Shown here piece by piece: positions 47,533-57,562 of a stretch of DNA of 64,000 bases. Numbering within the stretch: position 1 is the stretch's first letter; each line of letters opens with the position of its first letter. The notes under the pieces are model-generated. The model was given only the letters and a program-made list of their open reading frames with translations. It searched no databases and was not told the DNA's origin. Made by a program: the position numbers and the translations under genes. The DNA is from an uncultured bacterium. GTDB lineage: Bacteria; Bacteroidota; Bacteroidia; Chitinophagales; CAIODY01. The stretch spans positions 18,334-82,333 of the forward strand of contig CAIODY010000043.1 in NCBI GenBank assembly GCA_903857255.1. Reading direction: 5' to 3'.

Positions 47533-48309
47533 TCATCTCGGATTATTATTGTTCCGATTGTTGTTATTGAATCTGCGATTGTTATTAGGATTGTTGTTAT
47601 TGTTGCTACGGCGATTGTTATTAGGCTGATTGCCACCATTAGAATTCCCACCGCTATTGCTCCGATTCCCACTGCTATTGTTATTTCTATTATTGTTGCG
47701 GCGATTATTATTACTGAAATTTTTACGAGTATTATTGGTGCCAATGCCTTTTGAAAAATCATTTCGCAACTGCATGTTTTGAATTCGTTGCTCATCATCT
47801 AATGATAAAACACCTTCGCTCATCATTCGCAAATCATCTTTAATCGTATCATCATTCACATCTTCATTATTCCAATTTCGATAAGTCATTTTCATCACCG
47901 TGGCAATACTTTCGGCAAATAATTCTTTTTTCTTTTCGTCAGCTTCTGCCAAAGCTTTATCAATCAACACTTCTACATTATGACCATAATGGCGAAATTT
48001 TACTTTATGACGTGGATATTTTAATTGTTTTGGTTTTGCAACAATTGTTTCGGCAGTCGGAATTGGATAAGGCGAATCAACATCTAATTTGAATTCGCTC
48101 ATCATAAATAAATGGTCCCATAATTTGTGTCGAAAATCTTCTACATTTTTCAAATGCGGAAACAACATGCCCATTAATTCAATGGCTGCTTTGGCAAGCT
48201 GATTGCGCTTTTCACGGTCCTCAACCAACATAATTTGGTTCACCACTTTTTGAAAATGTCTGCCGTATTCTTTAATAATGAGTTTGCCTCGTTCGGTATT
48301 GTATTGCAT
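47533..48309 (-). CDS. DUF4290-like protein with a long N/R-rich low-complexity tail
   Basis: The N-terminus MQYNTERGKLIIKEYGRHFQKVV fits the DUF4290 family as I remember it. The last roughly 65 aa are almost only N, R, S and G. Confidence 0.7.
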   Translation of the reverse strand: MQYNTERGKLIIKEYGRHFQKVVNQIMLVEDREKRNQLAKAAIELMGMLFPHLKNVEDFRHKLWDHLFMMSEFKLDVDSPYPIPTAETIVAKPKQLKYPRHKVKFRHYGHNVEVLIDKALAEADEKKKELFAESIATVMKMTYRNWNNEDVNDDTIKDDLRMMSEGVLSLDDEQRIQNMQLRNDFSKGIGTNNTRKNFSNNNRRNNNRNNNSSGNRSNSGGNSNGGNQPNNNRRSNNNNNPNNNRRFNNNNRNNNNPR

Positions 48310-48421
48310 GAAATATGGTCTGCTAAAGAGCTACATCAAAACGGAAAGAATTTGTTGTTTTGTGAGCTTATTAAGTAAGTTTAAAAATCAAAAGTAATTA
48401 ATAATTCTATTTGCACCAAAA

Positions 48422-49879
48422 TTAAAATTGAAAATAAATAAATGGCTGAATGTCGCTACCCTTTACTTGTATCACCAACCAAATCATCGCAAAAATTAAA
48501 AATGCTTGAGCAGCTAAATTCAATTTTGAAATTGTTTCGATTGATTTTTCTTCTACTTGTTTCGGGAAAGCATGTGTAATAAATCCAATCATTATCAAAA
48601 CAAACACCGCAGGATAAGCCACCGTCCATTGTTTCAATAAATTAAAACTAATGCCATTGGAAATTTGTGAAACAATTTGCCACGAAGTTTTAAAATCGGG
48701 GCTGCGAAAAAATATCCAACAAAAACATACGAAATGAAACGTAAAAATTATTCCAAAAATTTTCATCAACCAGTTTTTGGGTAAATGCAAAAAATCAGTT
48801 CTCAATTTATCTAATGCCAACGCCAAGCCGTGCATGGCTCCCCAAAAAATAAAATTCCATGATGCGCCATGCCACAAGCCGCCAAGCAGCATGGTTGCTG
48901 ATAAATTAACGTACTGACGAAATTTTCCTTTTCTATTTCCACCTAACGGGATGTATAAATAATCTTTCAACCAACTGCTTAATGAAATATGCCAGCGTCG
49001 CCAAAACTCAGTAATGCTACTGCTTTGATAAGGCAAATCGAAATTGATTCCTAAGCGATAACCGAGTAATAATGCAACACCAATTGCCATATCGCTGTAA
49101 CCACTGAAATCGCAATAAATTTGAACAGCATAACCATACACACCCATCAAATTTTCAGTGCCCGAATACAAAGTTGGGTTATCAAAAATTCTATCTACAA
49201 AATTGACGGAGATAAAATCGCTGATGACAGCTTTCTTGAAAAGCCCAGTAATGATAAGGAATACAGCCTGTGCAACGTCTTCTTTTGAAAGTTTTATATC
49301 AATACCAATTTGTGGTAAAAAGTTTTTTGCTCTCACAATCGGACCAGCCACCAAATGCGGAAAGAAGGTGATGTAAAATGCAAAATCAAGCATATCATCA
49401 GTTGGTGTAAGTTGATTGCGATATACATCAATCGTATAACTCAACACTTGAAAAGTGTAGAATGAAATACCGACCGGCAAAATAATATTGAAGTAATTTA
49501 TTTTAGTGTGTAGCGAATCGTTGAGTATGCTCGCAAAAAAATTAGTGTATTTGAAATAAGCCAGCAGACCGAGGTTGATGACTAAACTAAAAATCAGCAA
49601 TGCTGTTTTTCGTTTCTGATTTTTGGCTTCATAAATCCATTTGGCTAAATTAAAATCGACTATTGTTGAAAGAATTAACAACAAAAAAAACAAACCGCCT
49701 GATTTGTAATAAAAGAAAATGGAAAACAAAGTGAGGTATAACACCCTGCTTTTTTTTAGTTGATACACAAATTGATAAAAGAAAAGTAGCAACAAAAAAT
49801 AAAACACAAACAGTGCTGTGTTGAATAACAGCGGCTCTTTTGGATGGTAGGTTAAATAATTTTTAAGGAGTTCGAACAT
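48422..49879 (-). CDS. MBOAT-family membrane O-acyltransferase (AlgI/DltB/PatA-like)
   Basis: FWRRWHISLSSWLKDYLYIPLGGNR and LWHG (catalytic His region) in a multi-pass membrane protein. ATG at 49879 is preferred over TTG at 49888. Confidence 0.88.
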   Translation of the reverse strand: MFELLKNYLTYHPKEPLLFNTALFVFYFLLLLFFYQFVYQLKKSRVLYLTLFSIFFYYKSGGLFFLLLILSTIVDFNLAKWIYEAKNQKRKTALLIFSLVINLGLLAYFKYTNFFASILNDSLHTKINYFNIILPVGISFYTFQVLSYTIDVYRNQLTPTDDMLDFAFYITFFPHLVAGPIVRAKNFLPQIGIDIKLSKEDVAQAVFLIITGLFKKAVISDFISVNFVDRIFDNPTLYSGTENLMGVYGYAVQIYCDFSGYSDMAIGVALLLGYRLGINFDLPYQSSSITEFWRRWHISLSSWLKDYLYIPLGGNRKGKFRQYVNLSATMLLGGLWHGASWNFIFWGAMHGLALALDKLRTDFLHLPKNWLMKIFGIIFTFHFVCFCWIFFRSPDFKTSWQIVSQISNGISFNLLKQWTVAYPAVFVLIMIGFITHAFPKQVEEKSIETISKLNLAAQAFLIFAMIWLVIQVKGSDIQPFIYFQF

Positions 49880-49884
49880 ATTGC

Positions 49885-51174
49885 TCAATGAGTTTTTCGA
49901 TTGTTGTAGCTGTTCATTAATGCACGATATAAAAGTTTGCCTTGCACTTCATATCCTTTCGATAAAAAATGAACCAAATCATAATTGCCTAATCCTAATT
50001 TGCGCCATTTCATTGCACTGCCTAAGCCGCCCATGACGTTGTAAAAATCCCAAAAAGCATAATTATTTTTTAAACAAATTTGCTTTTCAATGCCGCTTAC
50101 AATGGCTGTGTGATTGTTTTTATATCGGCGCATTAAATAGGTGTCAGGCGGTGAAGTTACCAGTACTGCTGCATTTGGACACACATCATTTATTTTTGTG
50201 AAAAAATTGTTGGCTTCACCTTCTAATGACGAAGCATCTAATTTTTGTGAAATCGCTTCATTTGTTCCTAATGAAACAATTACCAAATCAGGTTGCAATG
50301 CAGGCAATTGTTCAAAGAAATAATCTGCTTGATTGTAGTGCATAAATTGTGCGCCATTTACACCAATCATATTGTACTCAACACCTTTGGCTTTGGTGTT
50401 TTGCAAATAAATTCCAAACAAATTAAACGCCTCGGAAGTGGTGTCATTTTTTTCAATACTCAATCTGAAATTATCAATTGGTTTATCCGTTGAATAAGTG
50501 AGCGAATAAGGGTCGGCAGCATATTCCAAGCGAAATGGCGACACAAATAAATTGGTAACAGGCTCTTTTATTTGTGGTTCGATGGTGTAAGCAAATTTTT
50601 TATCGCAGAAGATAGTAATGCGGTCGAAAAAATTATCTCCATAATTTTGCGACAAACAAAAATCAATATTTGCATTGCTGTTGGTTTGTAAAGTAATGCC
50701 CGAAACACCTATCGGTATTGGAATATCAGGGAAACAACATCTTTTTGTTTTCCAATTGCAAACACAACTATTCACATCTTTAATATCAAATGGTCCATTG
50801 GTTTTTGCAGTGCGATAGGGAAAATATAAACCTCTGCCACCATTGCCAAATTGTTGCTGAAATTGTTTTCGCATCACACCCGTAAAATTATCTGCCTGAA
50901 TATGCGAATCCCCAATGTGAACAATCACCACTTTATTTCTTTTACCACGTTTCAGTTCATCTAATTTTTGAAAGAAAGATTGTAATGCTTTTTCATTGGT
51001 AATAAAATTCAAATCATTATTTACAAATGAAAAATGGTCATCTGAAATTGATACTGTCGAATCCATAGAAACTATTGAATCTATTGCCATTTGAGCTTTT
51101 ACTAAATTTGTTGTGAAACAAAAAACAGCAAAGCAGAAAAATATTTTCGGTAAGATTTTATTCATCAATTTCAT
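49885..51174 (-). CDS. SGNH/GDSL-like hydrolase or acyltransferase (secreted)
   Basis: It has a signal peptide, block I VVIVHIGDSHIQ (GDS) and block V-like DLVHFLSKG (DxxH). Confidence 0.7.
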   Translation of the reverse strand: MKLMNKILPKIFFCFAVFCFTTNLVKAQMAIDSIVSMDSTVSISDDHFSFVNNDLNFITNEKALQSFFQKLDELKRGKRNKVVIVHIGDSHIQADNFTGVMRKQFQQQFGNGGRGLYFPYRTAKTNGPFDIKDVNSCVCNWKTKRCCFPDIPIPIGVSGITLQTNSNANIDFCLSQNYGDNFFDRITIFCDKKFAYTIEPQIKEPVTNLFVSPFRLEYAADPYSLTYSTDKPIDNFRLSIEKNDTTSEAFNLFGIYLQNTKAKGVEYNMIGVNGAQFMHYNQADYFFEQLPALQPDLVIVSLGTNEAISQKLDASSLEGEANNFFTKINDVCPNAAVLVTSPPDTYLMRRYKNNHTAIVSGIEKQICLKNNYAFWDFYNVMGGLGSAMKWRKLGLGNYDLVHFLSKGYEVQGKLLYRALMNSYNNRKTH

Positions 51175-51181
51175 TTTCAAT

Positions 51182-52606
51182 TTACAAATTCAGTTCTCTT
51201 TTTTTTACTTCAAACAAAATTGCATCAAACAATTTTTGCCCCAACACTTCACCGCCTTTTGCATTAATGTGTGTGTAATCTTTATTCGCTAATCGAGGTT
51301 TTTCATTCACCCAATTTGCCATGCTTCCTTCGCCGCCCATGGCATCAAACATATTCCAAAATGCAATTTGCTGGGTTTGCGAAATATTTTTTTGAATGTC
51401 AATAAAAATCGGCACTTGTTCCATCGTTGCATATTCACCATTTTTATTCACAGCTCTATCGCCCAGCGAAAGCAGCAACACAGCGCTTTCGGAGTAATTG
51501 TCAGTAATTTTATCAATCGCTTTTGGAAACGATTTTTGAAACCAATCGTATTTATTTGTTTTAGGCGACACTACATTTAATCCGTATTCTAAAATAATCA
51601 AATCGTAGTTGTGTAAGTTTTTCCAATCGTTCAATAACGAATAGGGTTGCATTGCTCCTATCGCAATTCCGCTTGAACCACGAACACCGAAATTATCAAC
51701 AAATACACCGTTTTCACTTTCAAAGTTGACACCATAAGCATAAAAACCTGAATCGGCATTGAAACTAATTTTGATGTGCTGAAAATATTTGCCAATGCCT
51801 AAATCGATTTTTTGCAACGAAGATGATACAGGAATTTCGATGTGTTTGGTGGTTACGTCATCAATCAGCAAATCAATTGAGGTAACTTTATTTGGATTAA
51901 ATAAAAACAATTCAGCTTGATGAAAAATAGCTAAATGCTTTTTGTTTACTGCTGAAAAGCTTACCCAGCTTCCGTTTTGAGGGATGAATGCTTCGCCACC
52001 AATGCCTAATGGCAATTTGTGTTGTTCGTTTTTCAAAACAGAAACAGTTTTCCAATCACCCGAATTTTGAGTGAAAATAGTTTGTCTAAAATTGCCCACA
52101 ACCGAAGTGATGGGAACAAAACCAACACCATCGCCGCCAAATTCATTTTGCAAATTGTTGCGTAAATCTTGTACAAACAAATCACCTTCTACCATCGAAT
52201 CACCAAACCAAGCAATGTGAATTTTGCTCTTTTTCTTTTTTAGTGCATTGAGTTTATCAATGAATTGCAACAATAAATTTTTATTGCTCGGATAAAAATT
52301 CTCAAAAGCGACACCTTTATAATGCAATGAATCAGCGGCACTAATTGTATTTTTTGATTCAACAATCTGTTCTTTCTTCTTTTTATGTAACGAATTTTTT
52401 GTGAAATCGCTTAAAAAATCAACCGGTTTAAAATCAATGCCAAACAGCGAAAACCCAGTAGGCAAAAGGCTTGCAGTGATACAAAAAATAAATACGAATA
52501 GCACCAACCAAAATGGTCGGTAGATTTTTGCTTTATTATTTGCTGATGACAACATTGAAAATGATAAAAAACTGTTAGCGGAAAGATGGTAGAATTGGTG
52601 CAACAT
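51182..52606 (-). CDS. SGNH/GDSL-like hydrolase or acyltransferase (membrane-anchored)
   Basis: It has one N-terminal transmembrane segment, block I IHIAWFGDSMVEG (GDS) and block V-like DYTHINAKG (DxxH). It is a paralogue-like partner of the previous gene. Confidence 0.7.
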   Translation of the reverse strand: MLHQFYHLSANSFLSFSMLSSANNKAKIYRPFWLVLFVFIFCITASLLPTGFSLFGIDFKPVDFLSDFTKNSLHKKKKEQIVESKNTISAADSLHYKGVAFENFYPSNKNLLLQFIDKLNALKKKKSKIHIAWFGDSMVEGDLFVQDLRNNLQNEFGGDGVGFVPITSVVGNFRQTIFTQNSGDWKTVSVLKNEQHKLPLGIGGEAFIPQNGSWVSFSAVNKKHLAIFHQAELFLFNPNKVTSIDLLIDDVTTKHIEIPVSSSLQKIDLGIGKYFQHIKISFNADSGFYAYGVNFESENGVFVDNFGVRGSSGIAIGAMQPYSLLNDWKNLHNYDLIILEYGLNVVSPKTNKYDWFQKSFPKAIDKITDNYSESAVLLLSLGDRAVNKNGEYATMEQVPIFIDIQKNISQTQQIAFWNMFDAMGGEGSMANWVNEKPRLANKDYTHINAKGGEVLGQKLFDAILFEVKKRELNL

Positions 52607-52717
52607 TAATGCCCGTTTTTCAATTCAAGCATTGAAAATTGAGATGGAACTCACAACCAAATTGTGAGTGTAGCTAATTCTTAACAATCGGCACAAAAAA
52701 ATAAAAGGAAATGAAAA

Positions 52718-53740
52718 CTATTTTTCCAACAACAAAGTGCTGCCACTGCTCAATTCAGCATTGGACGAAATGTTGTTATTGTTTTTGATTAAAGCGATAG
52801 TATTTTTCGGAAACTGTTTTGAAATAGTTTCAATTTTATCACCAGCTTTAATGATGTAAACAAAAAATTCTTTTTGATAAAATTCTTTTTCAGCAACAAT
52901 TGCAGAGTTGGTAGAAGAAGTATTTGCAACTGCAATAGTATTATTCTCATCGGCTGAAACTGGCTTCTGTTCTGTTTTTACAGCAGTTGAATAATCATTA
53001 TTGATACTTGCTGTAAGTGTATTATCAGTTTTCGGTGTACCATGATTTTGTAAATAAACACTCAATTCATTTTGCGCTGTGTAACTATTCATCGCATCAA
53101 CAATACCCAATAAATGCGGAACATATTTTCTGGTTTCTCGAGGTAAATATTTATACACTTCCCAAAAATCAGTGGAGCCATTTGCTTTTTCAATGGCTCT
53201 ATCCAACATGCCTTCGCCGCAGTTATAAGCTGCTGCAACCAATTGCCAATCGTTGTATTGTGTAAATAATTTTTTGAAATATTGCGCCGCCGCATAAGTT
53301 GCTTTTTCAGGATTAGTGCGTTCATCAACTTGGCGATTGATGGCTAAACCATATTTCATACCTGTAAAACGCATGAATTGCCACATGCCTCGTGCGCCTG
53401 CACGCGAATAAACTCGTGTGTTGAAGCCCGATTCGATGAATGCTAAATATTTCAATTCAGTGGGTACACCAACTTGAGAAAAAATATTTTCAATCATCGG
53501 AAACCAATCTTTGCCACGTTCTAACATGTTTTTGATTTTTGAAAAATCATTGCTTTGGTATAATTCACTCACTTGTTGCACATCATCATTGTATGAAATG
53601 TCAATTGGTGAGGCATCGGATATTACTGCATAATTATTGTCAATCATCACAATTGAATCTTTCTTCAAGCCCAATGCGTAAGCACTTGCGCCGATTAATA
53701 AAATTGAAATTGTAAGCAATAATTGTTTCAAGAAATTCAT
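52718..53740 (-). CDS. MltD-like lytic transglycosylase with C-terminal LysM
   Basis: The SLT core is LAFIESGFNTRVYSRAGARGMWQFM...AAYNCGEG. The C-terminal YIIKAGDKIETISKQF is LysM-like. Confidence 0.85.
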   Translation of the reverse strand: MNFLKQLLLTISILLIGASAYALGLKKDSIVMIDNNYAVISDASPIDISYNDDVQQVSELYQSNDFSKIKNMLERGKDWFPMIENIFSQVGVPTELKYLAFIESGFNTRVYSRAGARGMWQFMRFTGMKYGLAINRQVDERTNPEKATYAAAQYFKKLFTQYNDWQLVAAAYNCGEGMLDRAIEKANGSTDFWEVYKYLPRETRKYVPHLLGIVDAMNSYTAQNELSVYLQNHGTPKTDNTLTASINNDYSTAVKTEQKPVSADENNTIAVANTSSTNSAIVAEKEFYQKEFFVYIIKAGDKIETISKQFPKNTIALIKNNNNISSNAELSSGSTLLLEK

Positions 53741-53753
53741 TTTTTTGTTTTGT

Positions 53754-55184
53754 TTAATTAGATGAAAAATTATTCATGCACCAGTTTGAAAAACTAAATA
53801 GTTGTTCTTCACTGAATTTTTTACTCATAATTTGAAACCCGAAAGGCATGCCATTGCTGTGTTTGCCTAATGGTAAAGAAATACCTGGAATGCCTGCAAT
53901 ATTAGCCAACACGGTATAAATATCATTCAAATACATTGCGATAGGGTCTTTCTTATCGCCGAAACCGAATGCAGTAGTTGGTGTTGTTGGACAAACTATG
54001 AAATCATAATTTTCAAACAACGTATTCATTTCATTGGTAACCACTCTGCGAACTTTTTGCGCTTTGGTGTAGTAAGCATCATAAAATCCTTCGCTTAAAA
54101 CGAATGTACCCAACATGATTCTGCGCTTCACTTCTTTGCCAAATCCTTCGCTACGTGTTTTCTTATAAACGCTCTCTAAATCAGTTGCATTAGGGCTTCT
54201 GAAGCCATATCGAACACCATCGAATCGTGCTAAATTGCTTGATGCTTCGGCAGTTGTTAGCACATAATAAGTCGGCACTAAATAATCTAACTTATCAAAT
54301 GCTGCTGATTCAACCGTTGCGCCTTGGGCTTTTAATTGTTCTAAAATTTCAAGCGTTCTGTTTTTTATTTCTGTATCCAATCCTGCTGATTCAATGGTAG
54401 ATGGCAAATAAGCAATCTTCAATTTTGAAACATCGCAATTGGAAATATTTTCTAAATAATTTTCTACTTGTTTTTGCGAACAAGTGCTATCGTTTTTATC
54501 AGCACCGCTCATGATTTGTAGAATCAAACCTACATCAGCAACGGATTTGGTGAATACACCAATCTGGTCGAATGACGAAGCGTAAGCAATTAAACCATAT
54601 CTTGAAATCCTGCCGTAAGTTGGCTTCACTCCTACAATTCCGCAAAATGATGCTGGCTGACGAATAGAACCTCCAGTATCAGTTGCTAATGTCGCCAAAC
54701 ACAAATCAGCTTGAACAGCAACCGCAGAGCCACCTGATGAACCACCCGGCACTTTTGTATTATCTAAATCATTCAGCACATTGCCATAAAAAGAATTTTC
54801 ATTGCTGCTACCCATGGCAAATTCATCGCAATTCAATCTACCGATAATAATGGCATCTTCATCCAATAATCTTTGCACCGATGTAGCTGTGTAAAGCGAT
54901 TCAAAGCCCTCTAATATTTTTGAGGCTGATGTAACTTTATGATTTCGGTAGCACAATACATCTTTTATCCCAATCACTGCACCAGCTAATTTGCCAGCTG
55001 TATTGATTTTTATTTTTGCATCAACAATTTTCGCAGCTTGCAAAGCCTCATCAGCCCACACTTCTACAAAAGCATTGAGATGCTTTTTGTTATCAATGTT
55101 TGCCAAATAATTTTTCACCAACGCTTCGCAGGAGGTGTTGGCTAATTTTAAATCGGCTTGTATGGCTGCTAATGAATGATACAT
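53754..55184 (-). CDS. gatA: Asp-tRNA(Asn)/Glu-tRNA(Gln) amidotransferase subunit A
   Basis: The amidase signature is GGSSGGSAVAV...TDTGGSIRQPA. ATG at 55184 is chosen because the ORF-track extension to 55220 runs into the cassette inverted repeat. Confidence 0.9.
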   Translation of the reverse strand: MYHSLAAIQADLKLANTSCEALVKNYLANIDNKKHLNAFVEVWADEALQAAKIVDAKIKINTAGKLAGAVIGIKDVLCYRNHKVTSASKILEGFESLYTATSVQRLLDEDAIIIGRLNCDEFAMGSSNENSFYGNVLNDLDNTKVPGGSSGGSAVAVQADLCLATLATDTGGSIRQPASFCGIVGVKPTYGRISRYGLIAYASSFDQIGVFTKSVADVGLILQIMSGADKNDSTCSQKQVENYLENISNCDVSKLKIAYLPSTIESAGLDTEIKNRTLEILEQLKAQGATVESAAFDKLDYLVPTYYVLTTAEASSNLARFDGVRYGFRSPNATDLESVYKKTRSEGFGKEVKRRIMLGTFVLSEGFYDAYYTKAQKVRRVVTNEMNTLFENYDFIVCPTTPTTAFGFGDKKDPIAMYLNDIYTVLANIAGIPGISLPLGKHSNGMPFGFQIMSKKFSEEQLFSFSNWCMNNFSSN

Positions 55185-55193
55185 TTCTATTTT

Positions 55194-55224
55194 TTCACCA
55201 CATAGTAACATAGAAATCATAGAA
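55194..55224. repeat. Arm of the inverted repeat bracketing the GxxExxY gene
   Basis: ttcaccacatagtaacatagaaatcatagaa matches the reverse complement of 55671..55702 at about 26 of 31 positions. The first 12 positions (ttcaccacatag) are perfect. Confidence 0.75.
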
Positions 55225-55262
55225 AAAAATTTCTCTTGTTCTTATGTTTTCTTGTTGTTTGA

Positions 55263-55667
55263 TTATGATAATTCGTTGAAATATTGATTGACAAATGTTT
55301 TTTGACCGTTTTTAAAAATATTTGCACAATTAAAATTGATTAAAATTCCTTTTGGGGCTTTTAGCAATTTCATGTACGTTAATAATTGTGCTTCGTGAAT
55401 AGGTAACATAGTTTCTACAGATTTAATTTCTACTACCAAACAATTTTCAATAAATAAATCACAACGCAAATCTGTTTCGGTTACCAAACCTTTGTATTCA
55501 ATTGGAACAATCCTCTCTGATTCAAAATTTATTTCTCTCAATTTTAATTCTTGACATAAACACTTATGATAAATGTTTTCAAGTAACCCAGCACCTAAAA
55601 TTTTATTCTCTTCTATTGCTGCACCAATAACATTGTAAGTCAGTTCATCTAAATATTTTCGTGTCAT
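55263..55667 (-). CDS. GxxExxY protein (PD-(D/E)xK-like small protein family)
   Basis: The 134-aa protein has NVIGAAIEENKILGAGLLENIYHKCL (GxxExxY) and ...CDLFIENCLVVEIKS (D...ExK-like). Confidence 0.85.
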   Translation of the reverse strand: MTRKYLDELTYNVIGAAIEENKILGAGLLENIYHKCLCQELKLREINFESERIVPIEYKGLVTETDLRCDLFIENCLVVEIKSVETMLPIHEAQLLTYMKLLKAPKGILINFNCANIFKNGQKTFVNQYFNELS

Positions 55668-55670
55668 GAC

Positions 55671-55702
55671 TTGCTATGTGTTCTATATTTCTATGTGGTG
55701 AA
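55671..55702. repeat. Arm of the inverted repeat bracketing the GxxExxY gene
   Basis: ttgctatgtgttctatatttctatgtggtgaa is the partner of 55194..55224. It starts 4 nt outside the gene start codon. Confidence 0.75.
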
Positions 55703-55782
55703 GATTTTATTTTTAAAATACAAAACTTGGAAAGTTGTTTTAAAACCGTCCAAGTCTGCTTAAAAAATCTTTATAGAATTAA

Positions 55783-55995
55783 TTATTTGCTGTCTTTTGG
55801 TTTTTCGTTTAAACCTTCTTCAATCTCACGTTTTACGCCATCTTTAGCGTCGTTGAACTCTCTCATTCCTCTGCCTAATCCTCTCATTAATTCAGGAATT
55901 TTTTTACCGCCAAATAATAATAAAACCACTATGGCAATTAAAATGATTTCGTTTGTACCCAAAACTCCGAGTATGATACCCAATGATGTTGTCAT
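55783..55995 (-). CDS. tatA: Twin-arginine translocase subunit TatA/E
   Basis: [38 protein letters not shown] is the canonical TatA helix-hinge-amphipathic pattern. Confidence 0.88.
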   Translation of the reverse strand: MTTSLGIILGVLGTNEIILIAIVVLLLFGGKKIPELMRGLGRGMREFNDAKDGVKREIEEGLNEKPKDSK

Positions 55996-56082
55996 TTTGA
56001 AAAATTTAGTGAGCAAAGATAATAAAATAGAGCGAAAGGGTTGTTAATAAAGCTATAAAAAAGAATAGCCGTTTAAGACCAT

Positions 56083-57483
56083 TTACCCCAACAACAATTT
56101 CTTTGTTTCTTCCAAAATATCCAGCACCATTTCTTTAGTAGGTGCTTCGGCGTAAATACGCAACAGTGGCTCGGTGCCACTTGGGCGAATCATTACCCAA
56201 CATTCATTTGGCAAGTGATATTTATAACCATCAATATCTTCTGTTCGTTCGATTTTATATTTTCCAAATGCAGTGTATTTGCCTGCTTTGCAATTGGCAA
56301 TGATTTGTTGTTTTAAATTTTCATCCAGATGCAAATCGTTTCGTTCAAACACAAACTTGCCTACTACGGCATAAATATCTTCAACTAATTGTGATAAAGT
56401 TTTGCCTGTTTTGGTCATTAAATCCAATAACAACAAACCATCCCAGATGCCATCACGTTCAGGGATATGACCTTTCACGGCAATGCCACCACTTTCTTCA
56501 CCACCAACCAACACATCTTCCGTCATCATTTTTTCGGCAATGTATTTAAAACCAATTTTGGTTACTTCACATTCGATACCATAGATGCGGCACATCTTTT
56601 TTATTTTATCAGATGCACTGAAAGCCACTACCACTTTGCCCGTCATGTGTTTGAATTGCGAAGCATAATAAATCAATAACAACAAAATATGGTGAGCATC
56701 TAAGAAATTGCCATTCTCGTCATACATCGCAATTCTATCGGCATCGCCATCGGTTACTAATCCAGCAGCTACTTTTCCTTTATTTTCTTTTATAAATTTT
56801 TGAAACTCTAAAGTATTTCTTTCCAACGGTTCAGGTGCTTGCCCCATAAAACCTGGGTTGGGTGTGCAATGCATCAACAATGAATTAGGCAACAAACGAG
56901 GCAACATACGCTGACCTGCGCCATACATACCGTCATAAGCCAACACATTTTTCTGCATGATAGCAGCTAAATCGAAAGTTTTCTTTACATGGTTTTCGTA
57001 TAGTAATTCCATATCCACATATTCAATCAATCCTTTCTTTTCATAGTCTTCGATGCTTGTTGATGGAATGGTGGCTGTTGTAGGAATCATAGTTTCCACT
57101 TTTGCAATTTCGCTTGGTGCTGCTGGTCCGCCAAAATAATCTTTCAATTTATAACCATTATAAGATGGCGGATTATGACTTGCTGTAATCACCACACCAG
57201 CCGTAGCTTTCATTTCAACAGTGGTTAATGAAACCATTGGCGTAGTAACAAAGCCTTTATGCGTAATCACTTTCACACCCATTTCGCAGAAAACTTTAGT
57301 AGCTGTTTCCACAAACAATGTTCCGCCAAAGCGGCAATCATGTCCAATAACAACGCTGGGTGTTTTTGTCCGTTCTAATAACCATTTAGCTGTAGCCACT
57401 GTTACACGAGCTACATTATCTGTTGTGAATTCTTGTGCGATGATGGCTCTCCAACCGTCGGTGCCGAATTTTATTGTTGTCAT
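56083..57483 (-). CDS. Phosphoglucomutase/phosphomannomutase family protein (alpha-D-phosphohexomutase)
   Basis: Motifs are FGTDGWRAII, the active-site loop TASHNPPSYNGYK, the Mg loop TDGDADR and GEESGG. Confidence 0.88.
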   Translation of the reverse strand: MTTIKFGTDGWRAIIAQEFTTDNVARVTVATAKWLLERTKTPSVVIGHDCRFGGTLFVETATKVFCEMGVKVITHKGFVTTPMVSLTTVEMKATAGVVITASHNPPSYNGYKLKDYFGGPAAPSEIAKVETMIPTTATIPSTSIEDYEKKGLIEYVDMELLYENHVKKTFDLAAIMQKNVLAYDGMYGAGQRMLPRLLPNSLLMHCTPNPGFMGQAPEPLERNTLEFQKFIKENKGKVAAGLVTDGDADRIAMYDENGNFLDAHHILLLLIYYASQFKHMTGKVVVAFSASDKIKKMCRIYGIECEVTKIGFKYIAEKMMTEDVLVGGEESGGIAVKGHIPERDGIWDGLLLLDLMTKTGKTLSQLVEDIYAVVGKFVFERNDLHLDENLKQQIIANCKAGKYTAFGKYKIERTEDIDGYKYHLPNECWVMIRPSGTEPLLRIYAEAPTKEMVLDILEETKKLLLG

Positions 57484-57562
57484 TTTGTTTGAAAAATTTG
57501 AGGTGCAAAAATAGTTTCCACTATTGACTTTAATTTCATTTTGAAATTAATTTTTCAAATAG

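Noticed and set aside
47496-47798. 100-aa minus-strand ORF of I/A/T repeats
   Set aside because: It is an alternative frame of the N/R-rich low-complexity tail of the DUF4290-like gene (47533..48309). That gene has a conserved N-terminus and is the real one.
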